Positions 13,380 to 26,762 of a stretch of 64,000 bases of DNA are shown here, piece after piece. The notes under the pieces were generated by a model, which worked only from the letters and a program-made list of their open reading frames with translations, had not been told where the DNA came from and did no database searches. The translations under genes and the position numbers were made by a program. The DNA is taken from positions 10,788,001-10,852,000 of the forward strand of contig OZ024748.1 in assembly GCA_964016885.1 (NCBI GenBank), read 5' to 3'. This DNA is from Eledone cirrhosa. Its lineage: Eukaryota. Position 1 is the stretch's first letter. Each line of letters starts with the position of its first letter.

Positions 13380-14010
13380 CTCGTTAGGTCTCCCTGGTAA
13401 AGTCTATGTCTGGCAAAGAGATGTAGGGATATTGTTAAGTCCAAGCTAACACATGAACAGTGTGGTTTTCACCCAGGATACATTACAAGCGACCAAATAT
13501 TCACACTGTGGCAGGTATTTGGGAAATTGTGGGAGTATTGCCAAGAGATGTATGCTTGTTCTATAGACTTTGAAAAGGCATATCACTACTTTCTATAGCA
13601 CTTGTGGAAGGTTCTGCAGGAGTATGAGATTGGCGGGCAGCTTCTTGTTGCCTTGAAGTCTCTATACAAATACCATAATATTTGCATTCAGATAAATGGT
13701 GCTATGTCAAAACAATTCAATGTGAGTGTCAGACTCTATCAAGGATGTGTACGGTCACCTCATCTGTTCATAATCTTCATAAACAGGATTGACATTCAAA
13801 TTGAAAGATCACAGACTTTACTAACAAAGCCAACTGGTAGGAGATCCAAAGGTAGACTATGAGCAAGATGGTTGGATAACATCTATAAGCTCAGTTGATC
13901 TCACCTGAGGACCCAGCTGTAAATGGTTGCTTCTGATAGGACCTACTGATAGGCATATTTGAGGACTTAGTCTCACAACCCTCTCAGGAATAAGTGGACA
14001 AAGAAGAACA
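13380..14010 (+). mobile_element. Degenerate RTE-type LINE reverse transcriptase fragment
   Basis: EQCGF..., DQIFTL, IDFEKAY, LWKVLQEY, QGCV.SP.LF. Confidence 0.75.
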
Positions 14011-14229
14011 TATATATATACTCACACTGCATCATGCCATGGATCAAGGACTACTCTCATTTGTGGTCTTCCCAGCCTCTGTACTGCAAACTATCTATCG
14101 ATCTTGTATATAAACTCGTGGCTGAAGATTAGGTCACAATTTTCATCGTTCTTACATTCTGCCAATATGGCCAATGCTGGGCTTTGAAACCTTAAATAGT
14201 GCTTTTGTTCCATGTATGAACATAAATAA

Positions 14230-14274
<45 letters not shown>

Positions 14275-14276
<2 letters not shown>

Positions 14277-14675
14277 CGCCTTGCCTAAGTGCAAAGCGAA
14301 ACCTACAGTCAGTAGGCACCTCTTACCAAAATACACCCCCATCCCACTAACCCCACCCCATCCATACCACCCCCTTTCGCTGTAAAGTTATGTTGGTACC
14401 ACAACATCCAGTCCAAAACAAATGAGGTCGTGCAGGTGTCACGACAATAAAACACACAGTCCACGCTGTAATGTGGCCGTGTAGGTAACACGGTAAAAAC
14501 CTCCCAGTCCACACTGTAAACGTGGTTGGTGTTAGGAAGGGCATCCAGCCGTAGAAAACTCGCCAGACAGTCCTATGCGAGCAAGACAACCACTCTTGCC
14601 TCAAGTGGGAAAATTCCCGTCCAAACCCATGCTAGCGTGGAAGATGGACGTTAAACGATGATGATGATGCTGATA
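14275..14675 (+). mobile_element. 5'-truncated 3' UTR/tail of the RTE LINE at 20800-23420
   Basis: Closely matches 23021-23420. Confidence 0.85.
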
Positions 14676-16074
14676 TATATATATATGTCTCCGTATGTAT
14701 ACACTGTCATTTAACAACTATTACTGACCTCCCACTACATACAGTGAACAGGTGTATATATGTGTTTAAACATTATTATCAAAAAAAAAAAAAAAAAAAA
14801 AAAAATCGATACATTTTTATATAAAAATCAATAGTTTGCAGGTGGTGTACTGTGGGGGAGGAGTAGGGGCAGGAGGAGCAAGGTAATGGGTGTGTATTGG
14901 TGTATGTGTAGGTGTGTGTAAGCATGTGTGTATGTTTGTGTATGTGTACATGTGTGTATGTGCACGTGTGTGTTTATGTGTGTGTGTGTACGTATACGTG
15001 TACATGTGTGTATGTGCACGTGTGTGTGTATGGGAGTGTGTGTGTGTATATAGATGAGTGTGTATATACGTGAGGATATTTATACGTGAGAGTATGTATA
15101 CGTGAGAGTATGTATAGGTGAGAGTATGTATACATGTGTGTATGTATATATGTGTATGTATATGTGTGTGTATGTATGTAGAGGCGTGTGTATGTTTATT
15201 GATAAACTCTAAGTGAGAGAACTAAAGTACACTCAACCTGCTGGACACAGCAGCCAAACCTCCCTCAAATCACACTCATATCTCAGGTAAAAACCTGAAA
15301 CTCTCCACAGCGATTTAGGGTATACATATAGACTTGTGTACCCACACAGACACACGTATATCCCCTGGAACTTCATCATTTACAATCAGCTCACGACAAT
15401 TCTGTATCCTGAGACCACAAGGCAGACTAACCCCTAAACAGTGGGATATTAAACATATATCATTTACATTCAGCTGTCAAAGATTCTCTCCTCAGGTACC
15501 TCAAGACAGACTAACTCTTAAACATATATCATTTACATTCACCTAACAAAGATAAATCATTGTCTAAAGACACAGATGGTGTATTTCATTCAGAAATGTA
15601 ATTTTCAACAGGTTAAAGGAGTTTATTAAACAAAATAAAAATATTGTTGGGGAAAAAAGATTTAATTTGTTAAAAAAAGATAAAAATTAATATGAAAAAA
15701 ATAAAAACAAATGAAACAGAACAAAGAAATAAATATAAAAAAGTCAAATGAAATGCAACACTGGTACAATATAACTACAGTTTATAAACCTCCCTGTGAA
15801 AATATAAACAAATAGTAAAAACATTCTGTTATTCTTTATCATCACCATCATCATCACTGACTAATCTCTATTTTCCATGTTTGCATGGGTTAGACAGTTT
15901 ATCACATTATGACACTAGATAGGTCAGCCGACTATGTCATACTCATATAATCTGATTTGGGGGCTTGGTTTTCTTCGACTGAATGCTCTTCCTAATGCCA
16001 ACCACATTACAGTGTGTACTAGGAGCTTTTTTCATTGAACCACCATTACCAACTTACAGGAAGGATTGGATGAT

Positions 16075-19000
16075 TTTCATTATGACACTAGCACAACCAC
16101 TTGCACAGTGGACTGAGTGCTTTTCATTATGACACTAGCACAATCACTTGCACAGTGGACTGAGTGCTTTTCATTATGACACTAGTACAATCACTTGCAC
16201 AGTGGACTGAGTGCTTTTCATTATGACACTAGCACAATCACTTGCACAGTGGACTGAGTGCTTTTCATTATGACACTAGCACAATCACTTGCACAGTGGA
16301 CTGAGTGCTTTTCATTATGACACTAGTACAATCACTTGCACAGTGGACTGAGTGCTTTTCATTATGACACTAGTACAACCACTTGCACAGTGGACTGAGT
16401 GCTTTTCATTATGACACTAGCACAATCACTTGCACAGTGGACTGAGTGCTTTTCATTATGACACTAGTACAACCACTTGCACAGTGGACTGAGTGCTTTT
16501 CATTATGACACTAGCACAATCACTTGCACAGTGGACTGAGTGCTTTTCATTATGACACTAGCACAATCACTTGCACAGTGGACTGAGTGCTTTTCATTAT
16601 GACACTAGTACAATCACTTGCACAGTGGACTGAGTGCTTTTCATTATGACACTAGCACAACCACTTGCACAGTGGACTGAGTGCTTTTCATTATGACACT
16701 AGTACAATCACTTGCACAGTGGACTGAGTGCTTTTCATTATGACACTAGCACAATCACTTGCACAGTGGACTGAGTGCTTTTCATTATGACACTAGTACA
16801 ATCACTTGCACAGTGGACTGAGTGCTTTTCATTATGACACTAGCACAACCACTTGCACAGTGGACTGAGTGCTTTTCATTATGACACTAGTACAATCACT
16901 TGCACAGTGGACTGAGTGCTTTTCATTATGACACTAGCACAATCACTTGCACAGTGGACTGAGTGCTTTTCATTATGACACTAGTACAATCACTTGCACA
17001 GTGGACTGAGTGCTTTTCATTATGACACTAGCACAACCACTTGCACAGTGGACTGAGTGCTTTTCATTATGACACTAGTACAATCACTTGCACAGTGGAC
17101 TGAGTGCTTTTCATTATGACACTAGCACAATCACTTGCACAGTGGACTGAGTGCTTTTCATTATGACACTAGTACAATCACTTGCACAGTGGACTGAGTG
17201 CTTTTCATTATGACACTAGCACAATCACTTGCACAGTGGACTGAGTGCTTTTCATTATGACACTAGTACAACCACTTGCACAGTGGACTGAGTGCTTTTC
17301 ATTATGACACTAGCACAATCACTTGCACAGTGGACTGAGTGCTTTTCATTATGACACTAGTACAACCACTTGCACAGTGGACTGAGTGCTTTTCATTATG
17401 ACACTAGTACAACCACTTGCACAGTGGACTGAGTGCTTTTCATTATGACACTAGCACAATCACTTGCACAGTGGACTGAGTGCTTTTCATTATGACACTA
17501 GTACAACCACTTGCACAGTGGACTGAGTGCTTTTCATTATGACACTAGTACAACCACTTGCACAGTGGACTGAGTGCTTTTCATTATGACACTAGCACAA
17601 CCACTTGCACAGTGGACTGAGTGCTTTTCATTATGACACTAGCACAACCACTTGCACAGTGGACTGAGTGCTTTTCATTATGACACTAGCACAACCACTT
17701 GCACAGTGGACTGAGTGCTTTTCATTATGACACTAGTACAATCACTTGCACAGTGGACTGAGTGCTTTTCATTATGACACTAGTACAATCACTTGCACAG
17801 TGGACTGAGTGCTTTTCATTATGACACTAGTACAATCACTTGCACAGTGGACTGAGTGCTTTTCATTATGACACTAGTACAATCACTTGCACAGTGGACT
17901 GAGTGCTTTTCATTATGACACTAGCACAATCACTTGCACAGTGGACTGAGTGCTTTTCATTATGACACTAGTACAACCACTTGCACAGTGGACTGAGTGC
18001 TTTTCATTATGACATTAGCACAATCACTTGCACAGTGGACTGAGTGCTTTTCATTATGACATTAGCACAACCACTTGCACAGTGGACTGAGTGCTTTTCA
18101 TTATGACACTAGCACAACCACTTGCACAGTGGACTGAGTGCTTTTCATTATGACACTAGTACAATCACTTGCACAGTGGACTGAGTGCTTTTCATTATGA
18201 CACTAGTACAACCACTTGCACAGTGGACTGAGTGCTTTTCATTATGACACTAGTACAACCACTTGCACAGTGGACTGAGTGCTTTTCATTATGACACTAG
18301 CACAATCACTTGCACAGTGGACTGAGTGCTTTTCATTATGACACTAGTACAACCACTTGCACAGTGGACTGAGTGCTTTTCATTATGACACTAGTACAAT
18401 CACTTGCACAGTGGACTGAGTGCTTTTCATTATGACACTAGTACAACCACTTGCACAGTGGACTGAGTGCTTTTCATTATGACACTAGTACAACCACTTG
18501 CACAGTGGACTGAGTGCTTTTCATTATGACACTAGCACAATCACTTGCACAGTGGACTGAGTGCTTTTCATTATGACACTAGTACAATCACTTGCACAGT
18601 GGACTGAGTGCTTTTCATTATGACACTAGTACAACCACTTGCACAGTGGACTGAGTGCTTTTCATTATGACATTAGCACAATCACTTGCACAGTGGACTG
18701 AGTGCTTTTCATTATGACACTAGCACAATCACTTGCACAGTGGACTGAGTGCTTTTCATTATGACACTAGTACAATCACTTGCACAGTGGACTGAGTGCT
18801 TTTCATTATGACACTAGTACAACCACTTGCACAGTGGACTGAGTGCTTTTCATTATGACACTAGTACAACCACTTGCACAGTGGACTGAGTGCTTTTCAT
18901 TATGACACTAGTACAACCACTTGCACAGTGGACTGAGTGCTTTTCATTATGACACTAGTACAATCACTTGCACAGTGGACTGAGTGCTTTTCATTATGAC

Positions 19001-19672
19001 ACTAGCACAATCACTTGCACAGTGGACTGAGTGCTTTTCATTATGACACTAGTACAATCACTTGCACAGTGGACTGAGTGCTTTTCATTATGACACTAGT
19101 ACAACCACTTGCACAGTGGACTGAGTGCTTTTCATTATGACACTAGTACAACCACTTGCACAGTGGACTGAGTGCTTTTCATTATGACACTAGTACAACC
19201 ACTTGCACAGTGGACTGAGTGCTTTTCATTATGACATTAGCACAATCACTTGCACAGTGGACTGAGTGCTTTTCATTATGACACTAGCACAATCACTTGC
19301 ACAGTGGACTGAGTGCTTTTCATTATGACACTAGTACAATCACTTGCACAGTGGACTGAGTGCTTTTCATTATGACACTAGTACAACCACTTGCACAGTG
19401 GACTGAGTGCTTTTCATTATGACACTAGTACAACCACTTGCACAGTGGACTGAGTGCTTTTCATTATGACATTAGCACAATCACTTGCACAGTGGACTGA
19501 GTGCTTTTCATTATGACACTAGTACAATCACTTGCACAGTGGACTGAGTGCTTTTCATTATGACACTAGTACAATCACTTGCACAGTGGACTGAGTGCTT
19601 TTCATTATGACACTAGTACAATCACTTGCACAGTGGACTGAGTGCTTTTCATTATGACATTAGCACAACCAC
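16075..19672. repeat. 47-bp tandem satellite, about 76 copies
   Basis: Unit ttttcattatgacaYtagYacaaYcacttgcacagtggactgagtgc; varies at essentially three C/T sites. Confidence 0.97.
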
Positions 19673-19880
19673 CTTACAGAGCAAACTGGGTGTTTTTTAT
19701 GTATACAGAAGAACACAAGAAACTGCCGATACATATTTCACAGCTAGCTGACTGCTCATCAGTAAACAAATACCATTATACTTCTTTGTGAACAGAATGC
19801 TATCGTAACAAGGTTTATAAACTGTAGTTTTACTCACATTAAATTTATTATAGGATTTCTAATATATGCTGTGTTGTGTA

Positions 19881-20326
19881 TTAACCCTACTGATGTCAAA
19901 TTGCTTGAAACGACCCCTCATTCTATGATATTAAAGCTGTTTATTTGAAAGCGTTTATATTCATCTAAAAATCTTCCATCATAACTTTTATGTAAGAACC
20001 TTTGTTAAGTTATTCTCCAAACACAGTAATTTTCTTTTGGGGGGGGGGGGGCGAGTCGATTAAATCAAGCCCAGTACTTAACTGGTACTTTATTTTATTG
20101 ACCCTGGAAGGACAAAAGGCAAAATTAACCTCGGCAGGATTTAAAATCAGAACATAAAGAGCCAGAACAAACGCTGCTATGCATCTGTCTGAGGCCACAA
20201 CAACTCTGCAAATCCACTGCCCTACAATAACAAAGTTAAACACCTCCAAATTCTTGATTATTTTCAACATGGTTTGAAAATAATAGGCAGAGTCTTTTAT
20301 TAGAAATACGATAAGGAAAGGGTTAA
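19881..20326. mobile_element. TTAA-bounded MITE, family D, with a SINE B insert (also about 31136-31393 and 42430-42682)
   Basis: ttaaccc...gggttaa ends; shared internal sequence between copies. Confidence 0.65.
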
Positions 20327-20396
20327 ATATGAAGAAAGTGAAATATTGTTTGAAATGGTCGTAAACTGAAAGAAGGAAAAAGCATGTTTTACTTAC

Positions 20397-20565
20397 AACA
20401 TTAGCTCGGTTGGCTGCATTATATTGCTGTATATTTGGTATTGTAGGGTTGGCTGAGTTATAAGACATTGGTGTGCCAGGCGTAGATACAGCTGTGTTAG
20501 GAAGCTGGTCAAAAGGCGTCTGAACCAAGACAAAGTCAGATTCATCATATCCATAAGCAGTTGTA
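20397..20565 (-). CDS. DMXL2: DMXL exon 34 (TTAYGYDESDFVLVQTP...RANV), last exon identified
   Basis: cag/gtaagt; phase 2 to 0; DF-L-V motif that precedes the terminal WD40 region. Confidence 0.85.
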
Positions 20566-20799
20566 CTGTAATATTAAAAGATTACAATACTCAAGTAATT
20601 GTAAATAATGTTATACATAAGTAGTTGTACTGTAATATCAAAAGTAGCACTGTACCATCAATATACTATACATGAGTAGCTGAGATAGCACCGACAAATT
20701 CAAGTATAATACCACTGGCATACTGAAAGCATTAAGAAACAACCTGTGAAAATTTCTCATAATGTATTGTTATAGACTTTACATATATGTTATATATAC

Positions 20800-23420
20800 T
20801 CATGGTGGATAAGATAATAGACGTAAATAGAGTGAATGACAGAATAATTAAAATAAGACTTGTTCTAAATAGAACTACTGTGACAGTAATATCTGCATAC
20901 GCACCCCAATCCGGACTGCCTGGCGCTATAAAAGACAGATTCTATGAGACACTGATGCTCACTACCTCCCAAATAACCAACAGTGACTATATAATTATTG
21001 CTGGCGACCTAAATGGTCACGTTGGACAACATTGTGACGGCTATGACGGAATCCACGGAGGCTATGGGTTTGGTACTAGAAATGAGGAAGGCTCCAGAAT
21101 CCTGGAATTCTGTGACGCAAATAACCTAACTATCTGTAACACTAACTTAAAAAAACGAGACAATCACTTGATCACCTACAGATCAGGGGAACATACCAGC
21201 CAGGTAGATTATATCCTTACCAGAAGACGTGACAGAGTGTCTGTTGTAAACACTAAATCCCTCCCCCTTGAAGAATGCACCTCCCAACATAGACTGATAA
21301 TTAGCAACCTCATAGTCAGGACGAGACGTACTCGACAACAGAAGAGGACTATCCTCAGGAGAAAAATATGGAAGCTAAATGACCCCACAGCCAGTAATAA
21401 ATTTAAAAGCATATTACTTGATGCTTTCAACAGTAAGGAAGAGCATTTAGAGTCGTACAATATAGAGGAACAGTGGGAATTCCTGAAACCTGCTGATGGC
21501 GGCAAACGAAGTCTGTGGCTGGAGCAGGCCTATAGGCAGGAGGAGAGTAACGTGGTGGTGGAACAGTAAGGTAGAGGAGTCAATTAAGGCCAAAAAGCAG
21601 GCTTGGAAAGTATGGCGGGATGGGGGAAGTAGAGAAGACTATCAAGTGGCCAGGAGGGAAGCTAGGAGACAAGTGTACTTCGCAAGAAGGGAAGCAGAGG
21701 AAAGAAAGTTCAAGCATGTTCTACAAAAGTACCACAGACGCCCTTTTCATTGTACGACAACTACAGGAGAAGTACCTAGCTAAAAGTAAACCCCAATACT
21801 TAGCTTTTGTCGACTTGGAAAAAGCCTTCGACAGAGTCCCCCGTTCCATTATCTGGTGGGCTCTTAGAAAACTAGGTGTTGATGAATGACTTGTGAGAGC
21901 TATACAAGCCATGTATAAAGAAACAGTCAGCAAGGTTAGAATTAACAATGAATATAGTGAAGAGTTAAGCGTAAAAGTTGGTGTTCATCAGGGCTCCGTT
22001 CTTAGCCCCCTACTATTTATTATTGCCCTTCAGGCTATAACAGTGGAGTTCAAGACCGGCTGCCCATGGGAACTCCTATACGCAGATGATCTAACGCTCA
22101 TAGCTGAATCAATGGCCGAACTAAAGAAGAAATTCCAAACAGGGAAGCATGGCCTAGAATCAAAAGGTCTTAAAATTAACCTGTCTAAGACTAAAGTTCT
22201 AGTTTGTAGGAAGGAAAATAGGGCACCGGTCCCATCCGGGAAATGGCCATGCTCAGTGTGTAGGAAAGGAGTAGGTAGAAACTCCATTTTATGTCCCAAA
22301 TGCAAAGTGTGGGTGCATAAAAGATGTAGTGGGATCACAGGTAAGCTAACTAAGAACATAGATTTTATATGTGGCCGGTGCTCTGGTGCAATAAGTAGCA
22401 GCAAGTGCCCACAGAATACTAGCTCATTCCATTGCACAGATGGTTCTATAGAAATAGTGGACACCTTCCGTTACTTGGGTGACAAAATCAGCAGTGGTGG
22501 AGGGTGCTCTGAAAGTACAGTAGCTAGAGTCAGAACTGGAGGGAAAAAGTTCAGAGAGCTTATACCACTATTAGTCGCTAAAGGGTTCTCTCTAAAAATG
22601 AAAGGCAGGCTGTATGATGCCTGCATACGAACAGCAATGTTACATGGCAGTGAGACCTGGGCATTGTGTGCAGAGGATATACGCAGACTGGAGAGGAACG
22701 AAGCTTGCATGCTCCGCTGGATGTGTAATAGTAATATACGTGAACGGCAAAGCATAAACGAACTAAGGGAAAAATTAGAAATAAGAGGGATCAGATGTTG
22801 TTTACTCGAGAGAAGACTACGTTGGTATGGTCACGTGATGCGCATGAAAGACGACAGCTGTATAAAAAAGTGCAGGGCAATAAAAATAGACGGTAGCCAC
22901 GGAGTAGGCAGACCCAGAAAAACCTGGGACGACTTGATAAATTCCGACCTCACACACTTACACCTCTCCAAGACAATGTCACTGGACCGAGATCTTTAGC
23001 GCTACACAGTAATACAGAAGACCCGCCTTACCTAAGTACAAAGTGAAACCTACTACAGTCAGTAGACACCTCTAACAAAATACACCCGCGTCCCACTACC
23101 TCCACCCCATCCACACCACCCCTTTCAATGTAAAGTTATGTTGGTACCACAACATCCAGTCCAAAACAAATGAGGTCGTGTAGGTGTCACGACAAAAAAA
23201 CACACAGTCCACGCTGTAATGTGGCCGTGTAGGTAACACGGTAAAAACCACACTGCAAACGTGGTTGGTGTTAGGAAGGGCATCCAGCTGTAGAAAACCC
23301 GCCAGACAGTCCTATGCGAGCAAGACAACCACTCTTGCCTCAAGTGGGAAAACTTCCGTCCAAACCCATGCAAGTGTGGAAGATGGACGTTAAACGATGA
23401 TGATGATGATGATGATGATG
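20800..23420 (+). mobile_element. RTE-clade LINE, 5'-truncated and internally deleted, antisense within a DMXL intron
   Basis: APE endonuclease (SAYAPQ, GDLNGHVG, SQVDYIL, SQHRL); RT (DLEKAFDRV, QGSVLSPLLF, YADDL, FRYLG); GRPRKTW; frameshifts and stops; (GAT)n tail. Confidence 0.93.
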
Positions 23421-23797
23421 TATAAGTCACACTTTTTCCCACAAAAATACATAAAAAATTGGCATTTAACTTATCTAGTGGACCTACAAAACCCTTAATT
23501 CGAGATAAATATGATTTAACCCTTTAGCATTTAAACCAGCTGTATCTGGCCAGAATTCTCTAAACTCTTTCTGTTCAAACCGGCCATAAAAGCCACTTAT
23601 ACTTATGTTAAGGTATTGTTCTCAAAATATCTAATATCAAAATATCATAGAGTCAATATTATGTGTGGTAAAGTCTTTACCATGAAAATACAATAGTAAA
23701 TATAGAGTAATGTAAATGCTAAAGCGCTAAATATGAGTATATAGGGTAGTTAGTTAGTTTTAAATAAAGATGAAGAATGAAGAGAAGGTTGACTTAC

Positions 23798-23922
23798 TTG
23801 ATCAAGGTCTCAATGTCGTATTCATTCTCATCACTTAACCAGGCTGGTGGATTTAGTAAGGCACCAATATCTAATTCCACTATTTCCTTCTGAGTAGACA
23901 ATGCCAAACAATTGGAATTGGC
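23798..23922 (-). CDS. DMXL2: DMXL exon 33 (ANSNCLALSTQKEIVELDI...YDIETLI)
   Basis: cag/gtaagt. Confidence 0.92.
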
Positions 23923-24214
23923 CTGAAAAATACAATATACACATGTATATAATATATATACAGCATAATATACACATATATATATAATATATATACAGCA
24001 TAATATACACATATATATAATGTATTTACAGCATAATATACACACATATATATAATATATACAACATAATGTACACATATATATAGCACAATACACACAT
24101 ATATAATATATACAGCATAATATAATATATAGTTTGAGATCACAAGGGTTAAGAATTTCTAAATTCCATCTCAATCACTCTCGAAACTTGTATTACAATT
24201 AACTACCAGTTATT

Positions 24215-24284
<70 letters not shown>

Positions 24285-24662
24285 CACAGCATATATTATA
24301 AGATCAATTGCCTGCTTCAACTGCATGACCCTGCAAATATCATTCTGACGCACTCTAATCATGTATAGATAAGACAAGCGTGCATGCTACACGGGAGATT
24401 GCTTCATGCACTGACTACTCTAAGCTTTCCTCTTGCTTTATCTTCATAGACTGCCAACGCTTCATGTTTATCTTTATTTTCACTCTTGCTTTTATTTTAT
24501 TTTATTTTTATCATGTAACACTTTATTTTTATCATGTAACACTTTATATGTAAATTGCCATGCTATTTCATTTGATGAATGTCACCCCACTGTTGATCAA
24601 TATGCGCATATGTTTTATGTGTCTCTTGGGTTGTAAAGGAGGTCAAGTATGTTATAAATAAC

Positions 24663-24709
24663 TGCTCCGAAGAATCCAAACCTCGGTTTGGAGGAAACAA
24701 TTGTAAGCA
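24663..24709 (+). ncRNA. Minimal hammerhead ribozyme-like motif
   Basis: tgct-CCGAAGA-a-tccaaac(ctcg)gtttgga-g-GAAAC-aattGTA-agca; palindromic stem III acaattgt. Confidence 0.5.
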
Positions 24710-24742
24710 AATAAATGACAAACTGAACTTTGATTACTGTAA

Positions 24743-24789
<47 letters not shown>

Positions 24790-25151
24790 GATATTAAACA
24801 AATGGAAACTATATTTATAAAACCATATTTATTTCATTATACATATTTCGGGGATACCATATTAAAAATATGGCATGCCTTCTTCAGATAAAATACAATA
24901 TATAAACAGTTTTATATATATATATATATATATACAAATGGAAGTTTAGTAAAATCGAAGATTTGACTGTGGCCAAGCTAATGATACAATTAGGAATGTG
25001 CAGCAAAGCACTCGATAAGGTTGTGTCACCTTAGAGTAATAACATACGTTAGATAGCTTGACAAATTGAAAACTGCGACCAGTGAACCCAGCCACATGAA
25101 ACCAAAGCAACGAAAAAACCCATCAGGTATTGACATATATATACCAAGCAT

Positions 25152-25208
<57 letters not shown>

Positions 25209-25470
25209 CATGCTTGGGGACATGGAAATACTTGGTTTGGTGCCTAAACATGGAGTTTATACCCACTGGGAGTGAGAGACCCCTAGTTCTTGTTAGAACA
25301 TCATTGTAGGAGGACAAAAAGTCTGATGTAAAACCTGTGATTTATATTATATTATCTATTTATGTTCATCACAGAACAAAAATACTACCTAAGGTTTCAT
25401 TGATTAACACTAAAAGGTGTAATGATATCTAAGAGGTATGTAAATCCTCCATATAAAGAGAGATACCAAC

Positions 25471-25575
25471 CTGATTTATAGCAAACGCTGTAATGATGTC
25501 TTGTTCTTTATGAATCACTTTCATTAAAGATGAACTTTTCTCAGAGCTTTCACTGTCGCCCGAGTTTAATGTTAT
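25471..25575 (-). CDS. DMXL2: DMXL exon 32 (ITLNSGD...KVIHKEQDIITAFAINQ)
   Basis: cag/gttggt; IHKE.D.I.AF motif. Confidence 0.92.
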
Positions 25576-25876
25576 CTGAAATAGGAAGAAAGAAAAATTC
25601 CACTTGAAATATATCTACATGCATGTATGTATAAATATTATATATATATCATCATCATCATATGTCCACTTTTCCCTGCTTGCAAGGGTGGAACGGTCCC
25701 TATTCAGCAGTGTCTTTCCACTTGTCACGTTCCTTCGTCATCTCCTCTGTGAGGTTCAGCGATCTGAGGTCTGCTCTCACCACCCTTGCCCATGTTTTCG
25801 TGGTCTTCCTCTACTGCGTCTTGTCCATACCATCTCAGTCTTCTCTCCTGTCCCGCACATTACAACTTATCCCCCA

Positions 25877-26410
<534 letters not shown>

Positions 26411-26577
26411 TATATAGTAAAAGAATGAAGAATAAGATAGTCGGCTGTACAACAGGGTTTATTTAAAGTATTAACAATTGTTTCATTAGTCCAGTGTGTC
26501 TAAAAGTCGTTGATCGTTAGAAGCCACGTCACTCGACTTTAATTACCCATTCTTTTACTATTATTACTCCAAGAATC

Positions 26578-26762
26578 GCGGTGGATTGGCAGTATCGGTA
26601 GAGGGTCAGACGCCATGCTTTGCAGCACAGTTACGTCCCTTTACGGACCGAGTTCAAATCCCGCCGAGGTTAACTTTGCCTTTCATCCTTACAGGGTCGA
26701 TAAAATAAAGTACCAGTAATACACTGGGGTTATTGCTGGCCTGTGCCAAAAAGTAGAAACAA
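26578..26762 (+). mobile_element. SINE family B with 16-bp target-site duplication
   Basis: ttattactccaagaat flanks both sides. Confidence 0.85.

Noticed and set aside
14156-14190. VSKPSIGHIGRM as the missing DMXL exon
   Set aside because: Lacks the SHP motif and lies among LINE remnants.
16075-19672. CRISPR-like array
   Set aside because: Units are contiguous with no unique spacers, there are no cas genes, and the context is eukaryotic.
19770-19822. Next DMXL exon after actacag
   Set aside because: No polypyrimidine tract, and the peptide FINLVTIAF does not resemble the expected WD40 repeat.
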